Shown here: positions 1 to 8,596 of the stretch, piece by piece
Layout: each line of letters opens with the position of its first letter
How positions within the stretch are numbered: position 1 is the stretch's first letter
Assembly (NCBI GenBank): GCA_039794885.1
Contig: JAUQVI010000001.1
Span: 1-41,270 of the forward strand
Origin: Thermostichus sp. DG02_5_bins_236
Lineage (GTDB): Bacteria; Cyanobacteriota; Cyanobacteriia; Thermostichales; Thermostichaceae
Length of the DNA stretch: 41,270 nucleotides
Direction: 5' to 3'
The notes under the pieces: generated by a model
Told to the model about the DNA's origin: nothing
Databases searched by the model: none
Seen by the model: only the letters and a program-made list of their open reading frames with translations
Made by a program: the position numbers and the translations under genes

Positions 1-229
1 GGTAGCCTTGGGCTTTTCGCGGGCAGTAGGGGAATATGGCTCTATTGTCATCATTGCCTCCAGCATTCCCTTCCGAGATCTGATTTCGGCAGTTTTGGTG
101 ATTCAACGATTGGAGCAATACGACTATACAGGCGCAACAGTAATTGGCACAGTGTTGCTCTTGATCTCGCTGGTTTCTCTGATTGCTATTAACCTTTTAC
201 AAGCTTGGGGCCGTCGCTATGAAGCCTGA
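1..229 (+). CDS. cysT: Sulfate ABC transporter permease CysT, 3' end (truncated by window start)
   Basis: [14 protein letters not shown]...[13 protein letters not shown] is the typical CysT C-terminus. Stop TGA at 227-229 overlaps the cysW start. Confidence 0.9.
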   Translation, partial: VALGFSRAVGEYGSIVIIASSIPFRDLISAVLVIQRLEQYDYTGATVIGTVLLLISLVSLIAINLLQAWGRRYEA

Positions 230-1100
230 GATAAAATCAGAGAGCCATGACCAGGCTGGGATCCTGCCATTTTCCCAACCGGAGCGGCCGATACCATCTC
301 AAGGGGCTTGGGTGCAGTGGGTATTGATTGGCATTGTATTGGTGTACATTGCCTTGCTGCTAGGGATCCCGGCAGTGAACATTTTCTATCAAGCCTTTAA
401 GGATGGCATTAGCCCTTTTTTCGAGACTCTCATTCAACCAGATTTTGTCAGCGCCCTGTGGCTGACGGTGCTAACAGCGTTGATTGTAGTGCCTCTGAAT
501 ACCTTTTTCGGCATCTACGCTGCCTTGGCCATTGCCCACAAAAAGTTTCGTGGACGCACCTTTTTGTTGAGTTTAATTGATCTGCCCTTTTCCATCTCGC
601 CGGTAGTGGCAGGGCTGATGTTTGTGTTGATCTTTGGTCGCCAAGGGTGGCTTGGGGATTGGTTACAAGCCTGGAATATCCAGGTGATCTTTGCTTTCCC
701 TGGGATCGTCATGGTTACGGCTTTCATCACCATCCCTTTTGTAGCGCGGGAAGTGTTACCCGTTTTGGAAGAAGCAGGCACCGATCAAGAAGAAGCAGCC
801 AAAACCTTGGGAGCCAATCCTTGGCAGATCTTTTGGCGGGTGACCTTGCCCAACATTCGCTGGGGTTTGCTCTATGGGGTAATCCTCACCAATGCACGGG
901 CCATGGGTGAGTTTGGCGCAGTGGCGGTGGTTTCCGGCAACATTATCGGCCGCACCCAAACCCTGCCGCTGTTTGTGGAGGATGCCTACAAGAGCTATGC
1001 CACCCCCTCGGCCTACGGTGCAGCGGTGTTGCTGTCGTTGCTGGCACTGGTCACCATTCTTGCTAAGGAAGTTCTAGAGCGAAGAACTCCAGTTCGATGA
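219..1100 (+). CDS. cysW: Sulfate ABC transporter permease CysW
   Basis: Motifs [22 protein letters not shown] loop [39 protein letters not shown] at 219 overlaps the cysT end by 11 nt. Confidence 0.93.
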   Translation: MKPEIKSESHDQAGILPFSQPERPIPSQGAWVQWVLIGIVLVYIALLLGIPAVNIFYQAFKDGISPFFETLIQPDFVSALWLTVLTALIVVPLNTFFGIYAALAIAHKKFRGRTFLLSLIDLPFSISPVVAGLMFVLIFGRQGWLGDWLQAWNIQVIFAFPGIVMVTAFITIPFVAREVLPVLEEAGTDQEEAAKTLGANPWQIFWRVTLPNIRWGLLYGVILTNARAMGEFGAVAVVSGNIIGRTQTLPLFVEDAYKSYATPSAYGAAVLLSLLALVTILAKEVLERRTPVR

Positions 1101-1189
1101 AGTAGTTTGGGAAGTCTTATTTGCCGTCCGGTTTGCTCTAGCATGGATCCATTGCCTGAGGCAAATTGGGCCAACTCCCCGTTTTTTGC

Positions 1190-2428
1190 ATGAGCGCCAT
1201 TCCCCAAGTAGAACCAGATCTGATCTTCCACTCGATTCCTGAAGCCCTCGAAGACCTCAAGTCTGGTCGGATGATCATTGTGGTCGATGATGAAAATCGG
1301 GAAAACGAAGGGGATTTGATTTGTGCGGCCCAGTTTGCTACTCCCCAGGCGATCAACTTTATGGCCACCCATGCGCGCGGGTTAATCTGTCTGGCTATGC
1401 AGGGATCCCGGTTGGACGAGCTGAATATCCCTCTGATGGTAGGGCAAAACACCGATAGCAACCAAACCGCATTTACCGTCAGCATTGATGCTGGGCCAGA
1501 GGCCGGGGTATCCACAGGTATCTCTGCTACCGACCGCTCCCGTACCATCCAAGCAGCCATCAACCCCAATACCCGACCTCAAGATCTCCGCCGACCGGGA
1601 CATGTCTTTCCTTTGCGGGCTCGGGAAGGGGGGATCCTAAAGCGGGCTGGACATACTGAAGCAGCGGTGGATCTGTCGATTTTGGCGGGGTTGTATCCGG
1701 CAGGGGTGATCTGTGAAATTCAAAACCCAGATGGATCGATGGCACGATTGCCCCAGTTGTTCGATTATGCTCGCCAGCACAACCTAAAGATCATCACCAT
1801 TGCCCATCTGATCGAATATCGCCTGCACACTGAACAGTTGGTATATCGAGAGGCTACAGCTGCTCTCCCCACAGAATTCGGGCGGTTTCAGGTAGTTGGC
1901 TACCGGGATACCCTTAACCAGGTGGAACATTTGGCCCTTATCAAAGGGGATCCGGCCCAATTTTCCGCTGAGCCTGTGTTGGTGCGGGTGCATGTGGAAT
2001 GTCCGCTGGGGGATGCGCTGGGATCCCTGCGTTGTGATTGTCGTCGCCAGTTGATGGCAGCTCTGAAGATGATCGATTGCCAAGGCAAAGGGGTGCTCGT
2101 TTACCTCCGCCAGCAAGTCCAGGGGATAACCCCCATTCAGCAGATCAAGACCTATGCCCTACAAGACTTGGGATTAGCGGGATCCGTTGCCCTGTGGGCC
2201 GCCATGGGCGAACGTCCCAGTGGGACAGAGTCTTTATCGCCTCCAGTCATGGATTTACGGGATTACGGGATTGGGGCACAGATTTTACGGGATGTGGGGG
2301 TACGCAAGATGCGCCTGATCACCAATACCCCCCGTCATATCAGTGGTTTGCATGGCTTTGGCCTGGAAGTCGCCGAACGGGTGCCTTTGCTGGTGGAGGA
2401 GCAGGATCCCGGTCAGCTCGATCAATAA
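1190..2428 (+). CDS. ribB: 3,4-dihydroxy-2-butanone-4-phosphate synthase fused to a degenerate GTP cyclohydrolase II-like domain (RibBA/RibBX type)
   Basis: DHBPS motifs intact (VVDDENRENEGD, GLICL, TAFTVSID, TGISATDR, PGHVFPL, RAGHTEA, ICEI). C-terminal domain has RVHVEC...LRCDC and DLRDYG but lacks EGRG. ATG at 1190 chosen. Confidence 0.9.
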   Translation: MSAIPQVEPDLIFHSIPEALEDLKSGRMIIVVDDENRENEGDLICAAQFATPQAINFMATHARGLICLAMQGSRLDELNIPLMVGQNTDSNQTAFTVSIDAGPEAGVSTGISATDRSRTIQAAINPNTRPQDLRRPGHVFPLRAREGGILKRAGHTEAAVDLSILAGLYPAGVICEIQNPDGSMARLPQLFDYARQHNLKIITIAHLIEYRLHTEQLVYREATAALPTEFGRFQVVGYRDTLNQVEHLALIKGDPAQFSAEPVLVRVHVECPLGDALGSLRCDCRRQLMAALKMIDCQGKGVLVYLRQQVQGITPIQQIKTYALQDLGLAGSVALWAAMGERPSGTESLSPPVMDLRDYGIGAQILRDVGVRKMRLITNTPRHISGLHGFGLEVAERVPLLVEEQDPGQLDQ

Positions 2429-2464
2429 CCCGTCATTGACGGGGAAGAAGCTTTGCCTTAGGCA
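2429..2464. other. Two short odd palindromes directly after the ribB stop (possible hairpins or terminator)
   Basis: CCCGTCA-T-TGACGGG at 2429-2443 and TGCCT-T-AGGCA at 2454-2464. No clear U-tract. Confidence 0.35.
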
Positions 2465-2545
2465 CCCTCAGTCCAGCTTATGTGATAATTCTTAACAGTT
2501 AGTTCGCCTTTTGATCCATTAGCCACTGTTTGAGGAGCCTCCGCT

Positions 2546-3364
2546 GTGACTCGTACTACAGCCCTGACCTGGAGCCATCAGCAAATTTGGGCAGATAGCC
2601 TGACAGTCTTTTGGCGGGATTGGCTGGATCTGCGCGGGCGAGTTTGGCAGGTATTGGCCTCTGGCCTGGTGGCACCTTTGATTTATATCGTTGCCTTCGG
2701 TGTCGGTTTAGGGGGATCCCTGGGAACGGGCGGGTTAGCCTCGGTGGCGGGATCCAGTGGGGCGGATTCTTATCTGCGTTTTATCTTGCCAGGAATGGTG
2801 GCTTTGTCGGCCATGACCATTAGCTTTGCGGGCACGACCTTCTCCATTTGTGGGGCACGTCTTTTTACCAAAAGTTTCGAGGAATTGTTGCTGCTGCCGG
2901 TACACCCCCTCTCGCTGCATCTTGGCAAAGTGATGGCGGGTATTGCCCGCGGCCTCATCACCGCTTTGGGCGTCTTGGTGATTGGGGTGCTGGGTACAGG
3001 GGCTTGGGGGTTGCTCAATCCCTTGGCGTTCCTGATTTTGCTCTTAAACTGTGCTGTCTTTGCCGGAATTGGGGTGATTGCTGGGTTGAAAGTGCCGAGT
3101 TTGGAGAGTGTTGGGGTGCTGACCAATTTCTTGATTACCCCGATGTCCTTTTTGGGGGCGACTTTTTTTGATCCCAGCCAATTGCCCAGTTTTATGCAGG
3201 TGTTGGTGTATTGCTTGCCCCTCTCCTATGCCAGCGTAGGCATGCGAGCGGCGGCCTATCAGCCTCTTTCCCAGTTCCCTTGGTACACCGTTGCGGTGCT
3301 GGCAACATTGGCGGTGATCCTAGCTTTTGTAGGAGCCTACCAATTCTCTCACCAGCAGGATTAG
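2546..3364 (+). CDS. ABC-2 type (NodJ/YadH-like) exporter permease
   Basis: About six hydrophobic segments; YLRFILPGMVA, FEELLLLP, PMSFLGATFF, LPLSY. GTG start after GAGGAG. Confidence 0.85.
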   Translation: MTRTTALTWSHQQIWADSLTVFWRDWLDLRGRVWQVLASGLVAPLIYIVAFGVGLGGSLGTGGLASVAGSSGADSYLRFILPGMVALSAMTISFAGTTFSICGARLFTKSFEELLLLPVHPLSLHLGKVMAGIARGLITALGVLVIGVLGTGAWGLLNPLAFLILLLNCAVFAGIGVIAGLKVPSLESVGVLTNFLITPMSFLGATFFDPSQLPSFMQVLVYCLPLSYASVGMRAAAYQPLSQFPWYTVAVLATLAVILAFVGAYQFSHQQD

Positions 3365-3373
3365 GTTGAATCC

Positions 3374-4243
3374 ATGCCACAACCGATCAAAGCAGGGTTG
3401 ATTCAACTGTCTGTGCCAGCAGATGGGGTAGAGCGCTCCGTCAGCCAACTGAAACAGGCGATGATCGATAAACATCTGCCCTTTATCACCCAGGCGGCAG
3501 AGCAGGGAGTGCAAATTCTGTGCTTGCAGGAGCTGTTTTATGGCCCGTATTTTTGTCCTAGCCAAAGCCCACAGTGGTTTCAGTTGGTGGAACCGGTGCC
3601 GACTGGCCCCACCACGCAGCTGATGCAGGAGCTAGCTCGCCAATATGGCATGGTGTTGCTCGTACCGCTTTTTGAGGAGGAGATACCCGGTCTCTACTAC
3701 AACACAGCGGTGGTGATCGATGCGGATGGTCGGTATTTGGGCAAGTACCGCAAGACCCATCTGCCCCAGGTACAAGGGTTCTGGGAAAAGTTTTTCTTCC
3801 GCCCCGGCAATTTGGGCTACCCAGTGTTCCAGACTGCCTTTGCCAAAGTGGGGGTGTACATTTGCTATGACCGGCATTTCCCAGAAGGGGCGAGGGCTTT
3901 GGGTCTGAATGGGGCAGAAGTGGTGTTCAATCCTTCGGCAACGGTGGCAGGTCTTTCGGAATACCTGTGGTTTTTGGAACAGCCTGCTCATGCGGCGGCC
4001 AATGGCTACTTTATCGGAGCGAGTAATCGTGTGGGCTGGGAGGATCCCTGGCGCATTGGAGCGTTTTATGGTCAGAGCTATTTTGTTGACCCGCGGGGAC
4101 AAATTCTGGTCAAGGGATCCCGGGATCAAGACCAACTGGTGGTGGCGGATTTGGATTTGGATCAGGTGCGGCAAGTGCGGGAGCTGTGGCAGTTTTATCG
4201 GGATCGTCGTCCGGATTTGTATGGCGATTTGATCAAACCCTAA
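3374..4243 (+). CDS. Nitrilase-family carbon-nitrogen hydrolase (beta-ureidopropionase / N-carbamoyl amidohydrolase-like)
   Basis: Glu-Lys-Cys triad (CLQEL, YRKTH, ICYDRHFPE) and C-terminal WQFYRDRRPDLY. Confidence 0.88.
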   Translation: MPQPIKAGLIQLSVPADGVERSVSQLKQAMIDKHLPFITQAAEQGVQILCLQELFYGPYFCPSQSPQWFQLVEPVPTGPTTQLMQELARQYGMVLLVPLFEEEIPGLYYNTAVVIDADGRYLGKYRKTHLPQVQGFWEKFFFRPGNLGYPVFQTAFAKVGVYICYDRHFPEGARALGLNGAEVVFNPSATVAGLSEYLWFLEQPAHAAANGYFIGASNRVGWEDPWRIGAFYGQSYFVDPRGQILVKGSRDQDQLVVADLDLDQVRQVRELWQFYRDRRPDLYGDLIKP

Positions 4244-4376
4244 ACCCGTTTTCAGCTTTGTGAATGCTTACCGCCTGGAGCTAGTAGGTGGGTGTGTTAA
4301 CCTTAACTAGGTGGGTAGTGATCCATTTGCCCCCTTCAGTGGTTATTCAGCTATAGATCCGAGTTGAGGTTAGCAG

Positions 4377-4712
4377 ATGAACGGCGAGCCATTCGACGAT
4401 TTGCGCGATGCCATGAGCACCTCGGGTCGCTCCACGAAAAAAGCAGCCCGGCGGGGGGCTTACGAAACAGCTCAAGCGGTAGGGGAAGAGCGGCGACGCA
4501 TCCGTATTCGCACCCTTGATGGCACAGATATTCGCGGGGAAGTGTTTTTGGAAGGCACCGAATTTGAGCGGCGGGTTTCTAGCTTGCTCAATGATGAACG
4601 TACCTTTGTGGCAATGACCGATTCAGAAATGTTTGTCAACGGTCGCCGGGTTGCCCATGCGGAGTTTATTTGCGTCAACAAAAACGCCATCTCTTACGTG
4701 CTAGAAGAATGA
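4377..4712 (+). CDS. Small hypothetical protein with an Sm/Hfq-like beta-strand pattern
   Basis: 111 aa, ATG after GAGG, fills an otherwise empty gap. Segments IRIRTLDGTDIRGEV and FICVNKNAISYV. Confidence 0.75.
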   Translation: MNGEPFDDLRDAMSTSGRSTKKAARRGAYETAQAVGEERRRIRIRTLDGTDIRGEVFLEGTEFERRVSSLLNDERTFVAMTDSEMFVNGRRVAHAEFICVNKNAISYVLEE

Positions 4713-4762
4713 ATGAGAGCTGCTCTTGGTCTCAAGCTGGTCAACCGGTCAGTTTGCGTCTC

Positions 4763-4927
4763 TACAGCCATTTCTCTAGGCATCTCCCACAGGATAAACG
4801 GGATAAGTCAAATACACGCTCCTTTCGCGCTACGCGCCGTGCGGAGCACGAACGCGTAAGCGGGATGGAGTCCTTTGGGGCGTCAGGGACAAGAACACTG
4901 TTGTAGCAAACCCGCGAAAGGGCTGTA
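4763..4927. mobile_element. Candidate MITE (165 bp including flanking TA dinucleotides)
   Basis: Left end TACAGCCATTTC (4763-4774); right end GAAAGGGCTGTA (4916-4927), whose reverse complement TACAGCCCTTTC matches 11/12. Both ends bounded by TA; no credible coding content. Confidence 0.55.
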
Positions 4928-4961
4928 ATGGTGGATAACTTTTCCGCCCTGTTTTGTTTCC

Positions 4962-5780
4962 ATGAATCCTTCTCTTCTCTCCACCGGCCTGCAACCCCGC
5001 GAAGTGGGATCCCTAGTCAGCCTACGAGGTGTGAGCAAACGCTACCCCAGCCCAACTGGAGATGTAGTGGCGCTGCGGGATGTGAATCTGGAGGTGCAGC
5101 AAGGGGAATTTATCGCCTTGATCGGCCCCTCTGGCTGTGGCAAAACCACGTTGCTGCGCATTCTGGCGGATCTGGAGCAGCCTAGCGAGGGATCCCTTTC
5201 CATCGCCGGACGAACCCCGCAACAGGCGCGGCAGGAGCGTCTTTATGGCTATATTTTCCAGGCTCCTACCCTGCTGGAATGGCGTACGGCCTTGCAAAAT
5301 GTGATGTTGCCTTTGCAGGTGATGCATCTGTCTCAAGGGGAGCGACAAGAGCGAGCTAAGGCGATGCTGAAACGGGTGGGACTGGAGAATTTCTTACACA
5401 ACTATCCTTGGCAACTGTCGGGAGGGATGCAACAGCGGGTGTCGATCGCCCGTGCTTTGGCCTTTGATCCGGAGCTGCTGTTCATGGACGAACCTTTTGG
5501 GGCCTTGGATGAGATCACCCGCGAGAAAATGAACCTAGAATTGCTCCGCCTTTGGGAAAGCACCCGAAAGACCGTTTTCTTCGTGACCCACTCCATTCAA
5601 GAGGCCGTGTTCCTCTCCACAAGGGTGGTGGTGATGACCCCCAATCCTGGCCAAATTGCAAAGGTGATCCCAGTGGATTTGCCCCAACCGCGGGGGTTTG
5701 AAACCTGGCGCTCACCGCGTTTCTTTGAGCTGACGGGCGCAGTGCTAGAAAGCTTACGGGAGGTTTACGGCCAGGACTAG
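4962..5780 (+). CDS. NitT/TauB/SsuB-family ABC importer ATP-binding subunit
   Basis: Walker A GPSGCGKT, YPWQLSGGMQQR, LFMDEPFGALD, FVTHSIQEA. Confidence 0.92.
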   Translation: MNPSLLSTGLQPREVGSLVSLRGVSKRYPSPTGDVVALRDVNLEVQQGEFIALIGPSGCGKTTLLRILADLEQPSEGSLSIAGRTPQQARQERLYGYIFQAPTLLEWRTALQNVMLPLQVMHLSQGERQERAKAMLKRVGLENFLHNYPWQLSGGMQQRVSIARALAFDPELLFMDEPFGALDEITREKMNLELLRLWESTRKTVFFVTHSIQEAVFLSTRVVVMTPNPGQIAKVIPVDLPQPRGFETWRSPRFFELTGAVLESLREVYGQD

Positions 5781-5837
5781 ACATCTCCCCAATCCTCGGG
5801 AGCCTAATCCATCTCCTCTCCTCCCTGCAACGGTAGG

Positions 5838-6383
5838 ATGAGACAGATTCGGCCCCAAGCACCCATGAGTAGCACCCGCCATTTCCCCTTCGAGCATGTT
5901 CGTGAGCACCTGCTGTTTCAATCGCTGGAGGATGTCGAGTGGCAAGCCCTGACCATGGCGCTGTTGCCCAGTCGCTTTCAACCGGGCCACGTGATTTTTC
6001 AAGAAGGGGATCCCAGCAGCGATTTATATGTGATTCTCAGCGGGGTGGTGGAGCTGCGGCGGCAATACGTGCGGCACCCAGGGGACTATTTGCTGGCCAC
6101 TTTGCATGCCGGGCGGTTGTTTGGGGAGCTTTCCCTACTGACGGGGCGACGGCGCTCCTTTACAGCTGTGAGCATGATGGAAGTGCAAACCCTACGCCTC
6201 TCTACAGAAGGATTAATCTTGTTGCCCTTGGAAGTCCAGGTGAAACTGTACCGCGCCTGGAGCGGCATCATCAGCGAACGCTTGTACTGGATAGACAGTA
6301 TGTTTACGGATCTATTGGAACAGCGGGGAGTGGAAAATGTCGCCTCAGCCATGGCTTTGCTCCATCAGCGATATCCTTCTTGA
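5838..6383 (+). CDS. Stand-alone cyclic-nucleotide-binding (CAP_ED) domain protein
   Basis: IFQEGD...LYVILSG...FGELSL...RRSFTA. No recognisable C-terminal HTH. Start may be ATG 5865. Confidence 0.85.
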   Translation: MRQIRPQAPMSSTRHFPFEHVREHLLFQSLEDVEWQALTMALLPSRFQPGHVIFQEGDPSSDLYVILSGVVELRRQYVRHPGDYLLATLHAGRLFGELSLLTGRRRSFTAVSMMEVQTLRLSTEGLILLPLEVQVKLYRAWSGIISERLYWIDSMFTDLLEQRGVENVASAMALLHQRYPS

Positions 6384-6541
6384 AAGGCTGCGGATCCCGT
6401 CCTGGATAGCGGTTTAGCCTTCCAAGCCCTTAGGGATTTAAACCAAGGATCCCGAATTTTATCTTCAGAATATTCAGGGCTTGCGATATCATGTGCTAAG
6501 CAGCAGCCCCTAAAGAATTTCAAGCAGCGAGGTCAGGAGCA

Positions 6542-7561
6542 GTGGTCAGGGTAGCAATCAACGGATTTGGTCGCATCGGTCGCAACTTCTTGCGCTGTTG
6601 GTTAGGTCGCTCTCAGTCCAACCTGGACATTGTGGCCATCAATGACACTTCAGACTCTCGCACTGCTGCCCACCTGCTCAAATACGATTCTATCTTGGGG
6701 CCGCTGCAAGGAGCGGAGGTTGAGCCCGCTGAGCGGGGATTGGTGGTGAATGGCAAACACATCAACACCGTTTCGGATCGCAACCCCAGCAACCTGCCTT
6801 GGAAAGATTGGAATGTGGATTTGGTCATCGAGGCTACGGGTGTTTTCGTCAACTATGAGGGCGCCTCCAAGCATATCGAAGCCGGAGCCAAAAAGGTGAT
6901 GATTACAGCTCCAGCCAAAGGCAGTGAAATTCCTACTTTTGTGTACGGGGTAAACCAAGATACTTATGATCCCGTACGGCACAACATCGTCAGTAACGCC
7001 AGCTGTACCACCAACTGCTTGACTCCGATCATCAAGGTTCTGCTGGAAAAATTTGGCATCGTCCGGGCCACCATGACCACCACCCACAGTTACACCGGCG
7101 ATCAGCGCATTTTGGACGGTGGACACCGGGATCTGCGCCGAGCGCGGGCGGCTGCTTTGAGCATGGTTCCCACTACCACAGGAGCAGCCAAGGCAGTGGC
7201 ACTGGTGATTCCAGAGCTCAAGGGCAAACTGAGCGGTGTGGCAGTACGGGTGCCCACCCCCAATGTTTCTTTGGTGGACTTGGTTGTACAAACCGAAAAG
7301 AGTGTCATTGCTGAAGAGGTGAATGACGCCCTGAAGGAAGCCTCTTTAACCAGCATGAAAGGGATCCTCGCCTATTCCGATATTCCGTTGGTGTCGATTG
7401 ATTATCGTGGCCATGACTGCTCGGCCATTGTGGATGCAGAAATGACCAATGTGCTGGGTGGCGATTTGGTCAAGGTGATGGCCTGGTACGACAATGAGTG
7501 GGGCTACTCCCAGCGGGTGGTGGATCTGGCGGAATACATGGCGGCTCACTGGGTGGAATAA
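6542..7561 (+). CDS. gap2: Glyceraldehyde-3-phosphate dehydrogenase, NAD(P)-dependent Calvin-cycle type
   Basis: [55 protein letters not shown] start after AGGAG. Confidence 0.95.
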   Translation: MVRVAINGFGRIGRNFLRCWLGRSQSNLDIVAINDTSDSRTAAHLLKYDSILGPLQGAEVEPAERGLVVNGKHINTVSDRNPSNLPWKDWNVDLVIEATGVFVNYEGASKHIEAGAKKVMITAPAKGSEIPTFVYGVNQDTYDPVRHNIVSNASCTTNCLTPIIKVLLEKFGIVRATMTTTHSYTGDQRILDGGHRDLRRARAAALSMVPTTTGAAKAVALVIPELKGKLSGVAVRVPTPNVSLVDLVVQTEKSVIAEEVNDALKEASLTSMKGILAYSDIPLVSIDYRGHDCSAIVDAEMTNVLGGDLVKVMAWYDNEWGYSQRVVDLAEYMAAHWVE

Positions 7562-8532
7562 GGTTGCTTCTGATGCCAACGCCAGGCGGTTTCAAGGATC
7601 TCGGTCAAATCGGTGTGGGCGGGTTTCCAGCCTAGATCCTGCATGATGGCCCTAGCATCCCCCACCAAGCGAGGGGGATCCCCAGGTCGGCGTGCCCCGA
7701 TTTGAACCGGGATCTGCTTTTGGGTCACAGCTTCAGCGGTGGCAATCACCTCTTTGACCGAAAAGCCTTGCCCATTCCCCAGGTTGTAGGCGGGTTGCAC
7801 AGGCTGATGGGTGGCCAAGGCTTCCACAGCCAAGACATGGGCTTGGGCCAGGTCGGTGACATGAATATAATCTCGAATACAGGTGCCGTCTGGCGTATCG
7901 TAGTCATCGCCAAAAAGGGTGATGTGAGACCGTCGGCCACTGGCTGCATCCAACACCAAGGGGATCAAATGGGTCTCCGGGTCGTGGGCTTCCCCGATTT
8001 CGCCCTCGGGATCCGCCCCGGCGGCATTGAAATAGCGTAGGCTAATGGACTGGATCCCGTGGGCAACACGAAAATCCCGCAGCATTTGTTCCACCATCAG
8101 CTTGCTCTGGCCGTAGGGGTTGATTGGATGTTGAGGATGGCTTTCTGGAATTGGGATCTGTTCGGGTACACCGTAAGAGGCACAGGTGCTGGAGAAGACA
8201 ATATGAGGGATGCCGTGATCCCGCATCGCCTCCAGCAAACTGAGGGATCCACCCACATTGTTGCGATAGTACTTGGCCGGATCTTGAACCGACTCGCCCA
8301 CGTAGGCATAGGCGGCAAAGTGAATGACACCATCCGGTTGATACTGTTGGATCACCTGATCCAGTCGCTCTCGGTCAGCAATATCTCCCTGTTCCAAAGG
8401 CCCCCAGCGAACGGCCCAAGGGTGACCATAAACCAAATTGTCGTAGGTGATCGGGGTATGGCCGCAGATAGCCAATGCTTTGCAGGTGTGGCTACCGATA
8501 TAACCGGCACCGCCTGTAACCAAGAAACGCAT
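7546..8532 (-). CDS. galE: UDP-glucose 4-epimerase
   Basis: [21 protein letters not shown] (YxxxK), [20 protein letters not shown]. Confidence 0.93.
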   Translation of the reverse strand: MRFLVTGGAGYIGSHTCKALAICGHTPITYDNLVYGHPWAVRWGPLEQGDIADRERLDQVIQQYQPDGVIHFAAYAYVGESVQDPAKYYRNNVGGSLSLLEAMRDHGIPHIVFSSTCASYGVPEQIPIPESHPQHPINPYGQSKLMVEQMLRDFRVAHGIQSISLRYFNAAGADPEGEIGEAHDPETHLIPLVLDAASGRRSHITLFGDDYDTPDGTCIRDYIHVTDLAQAHVLAVEALATHQPVQPAYNLGNGQGFSVKEVIATAEAVTQKQIPVQIGARRPGDPPRLVGDARAIMQDLGWKPAHTDLTEILETAWRWHQKQPYSTQ

Positions 8533-8596
8533 AGGCAAACCCTGAGTGGAGGATCCTACTTAAGAATAGAGACATAAAACACTTACCCCAAATGCC

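Noticed and set aside
4295-4308. TTAACC/TTAACT as a Pho (SphR) box
   Set aside because: The repeat period is 6 bp, not the 11 bp expected.
4670-4906. 78-aa ORF and 6S/HEARO-type RNA interpretations of the 4.75-4.93 kb region
   Set aside because: The ORF overlaps the upstream gene and has no motif. I could not match a known RNA family, and the terminal inverted repeats explain the region better.
6650-7291. 213-aa antisense ORF over gap2 (and similar shadow ORFs such as 3632-4174, 8059-8577, 12006-12683, 13345-13980)
   Set aside because: Each overlaps a well-supported gene almost entirely, has no motifs, and is expected from codon bias.
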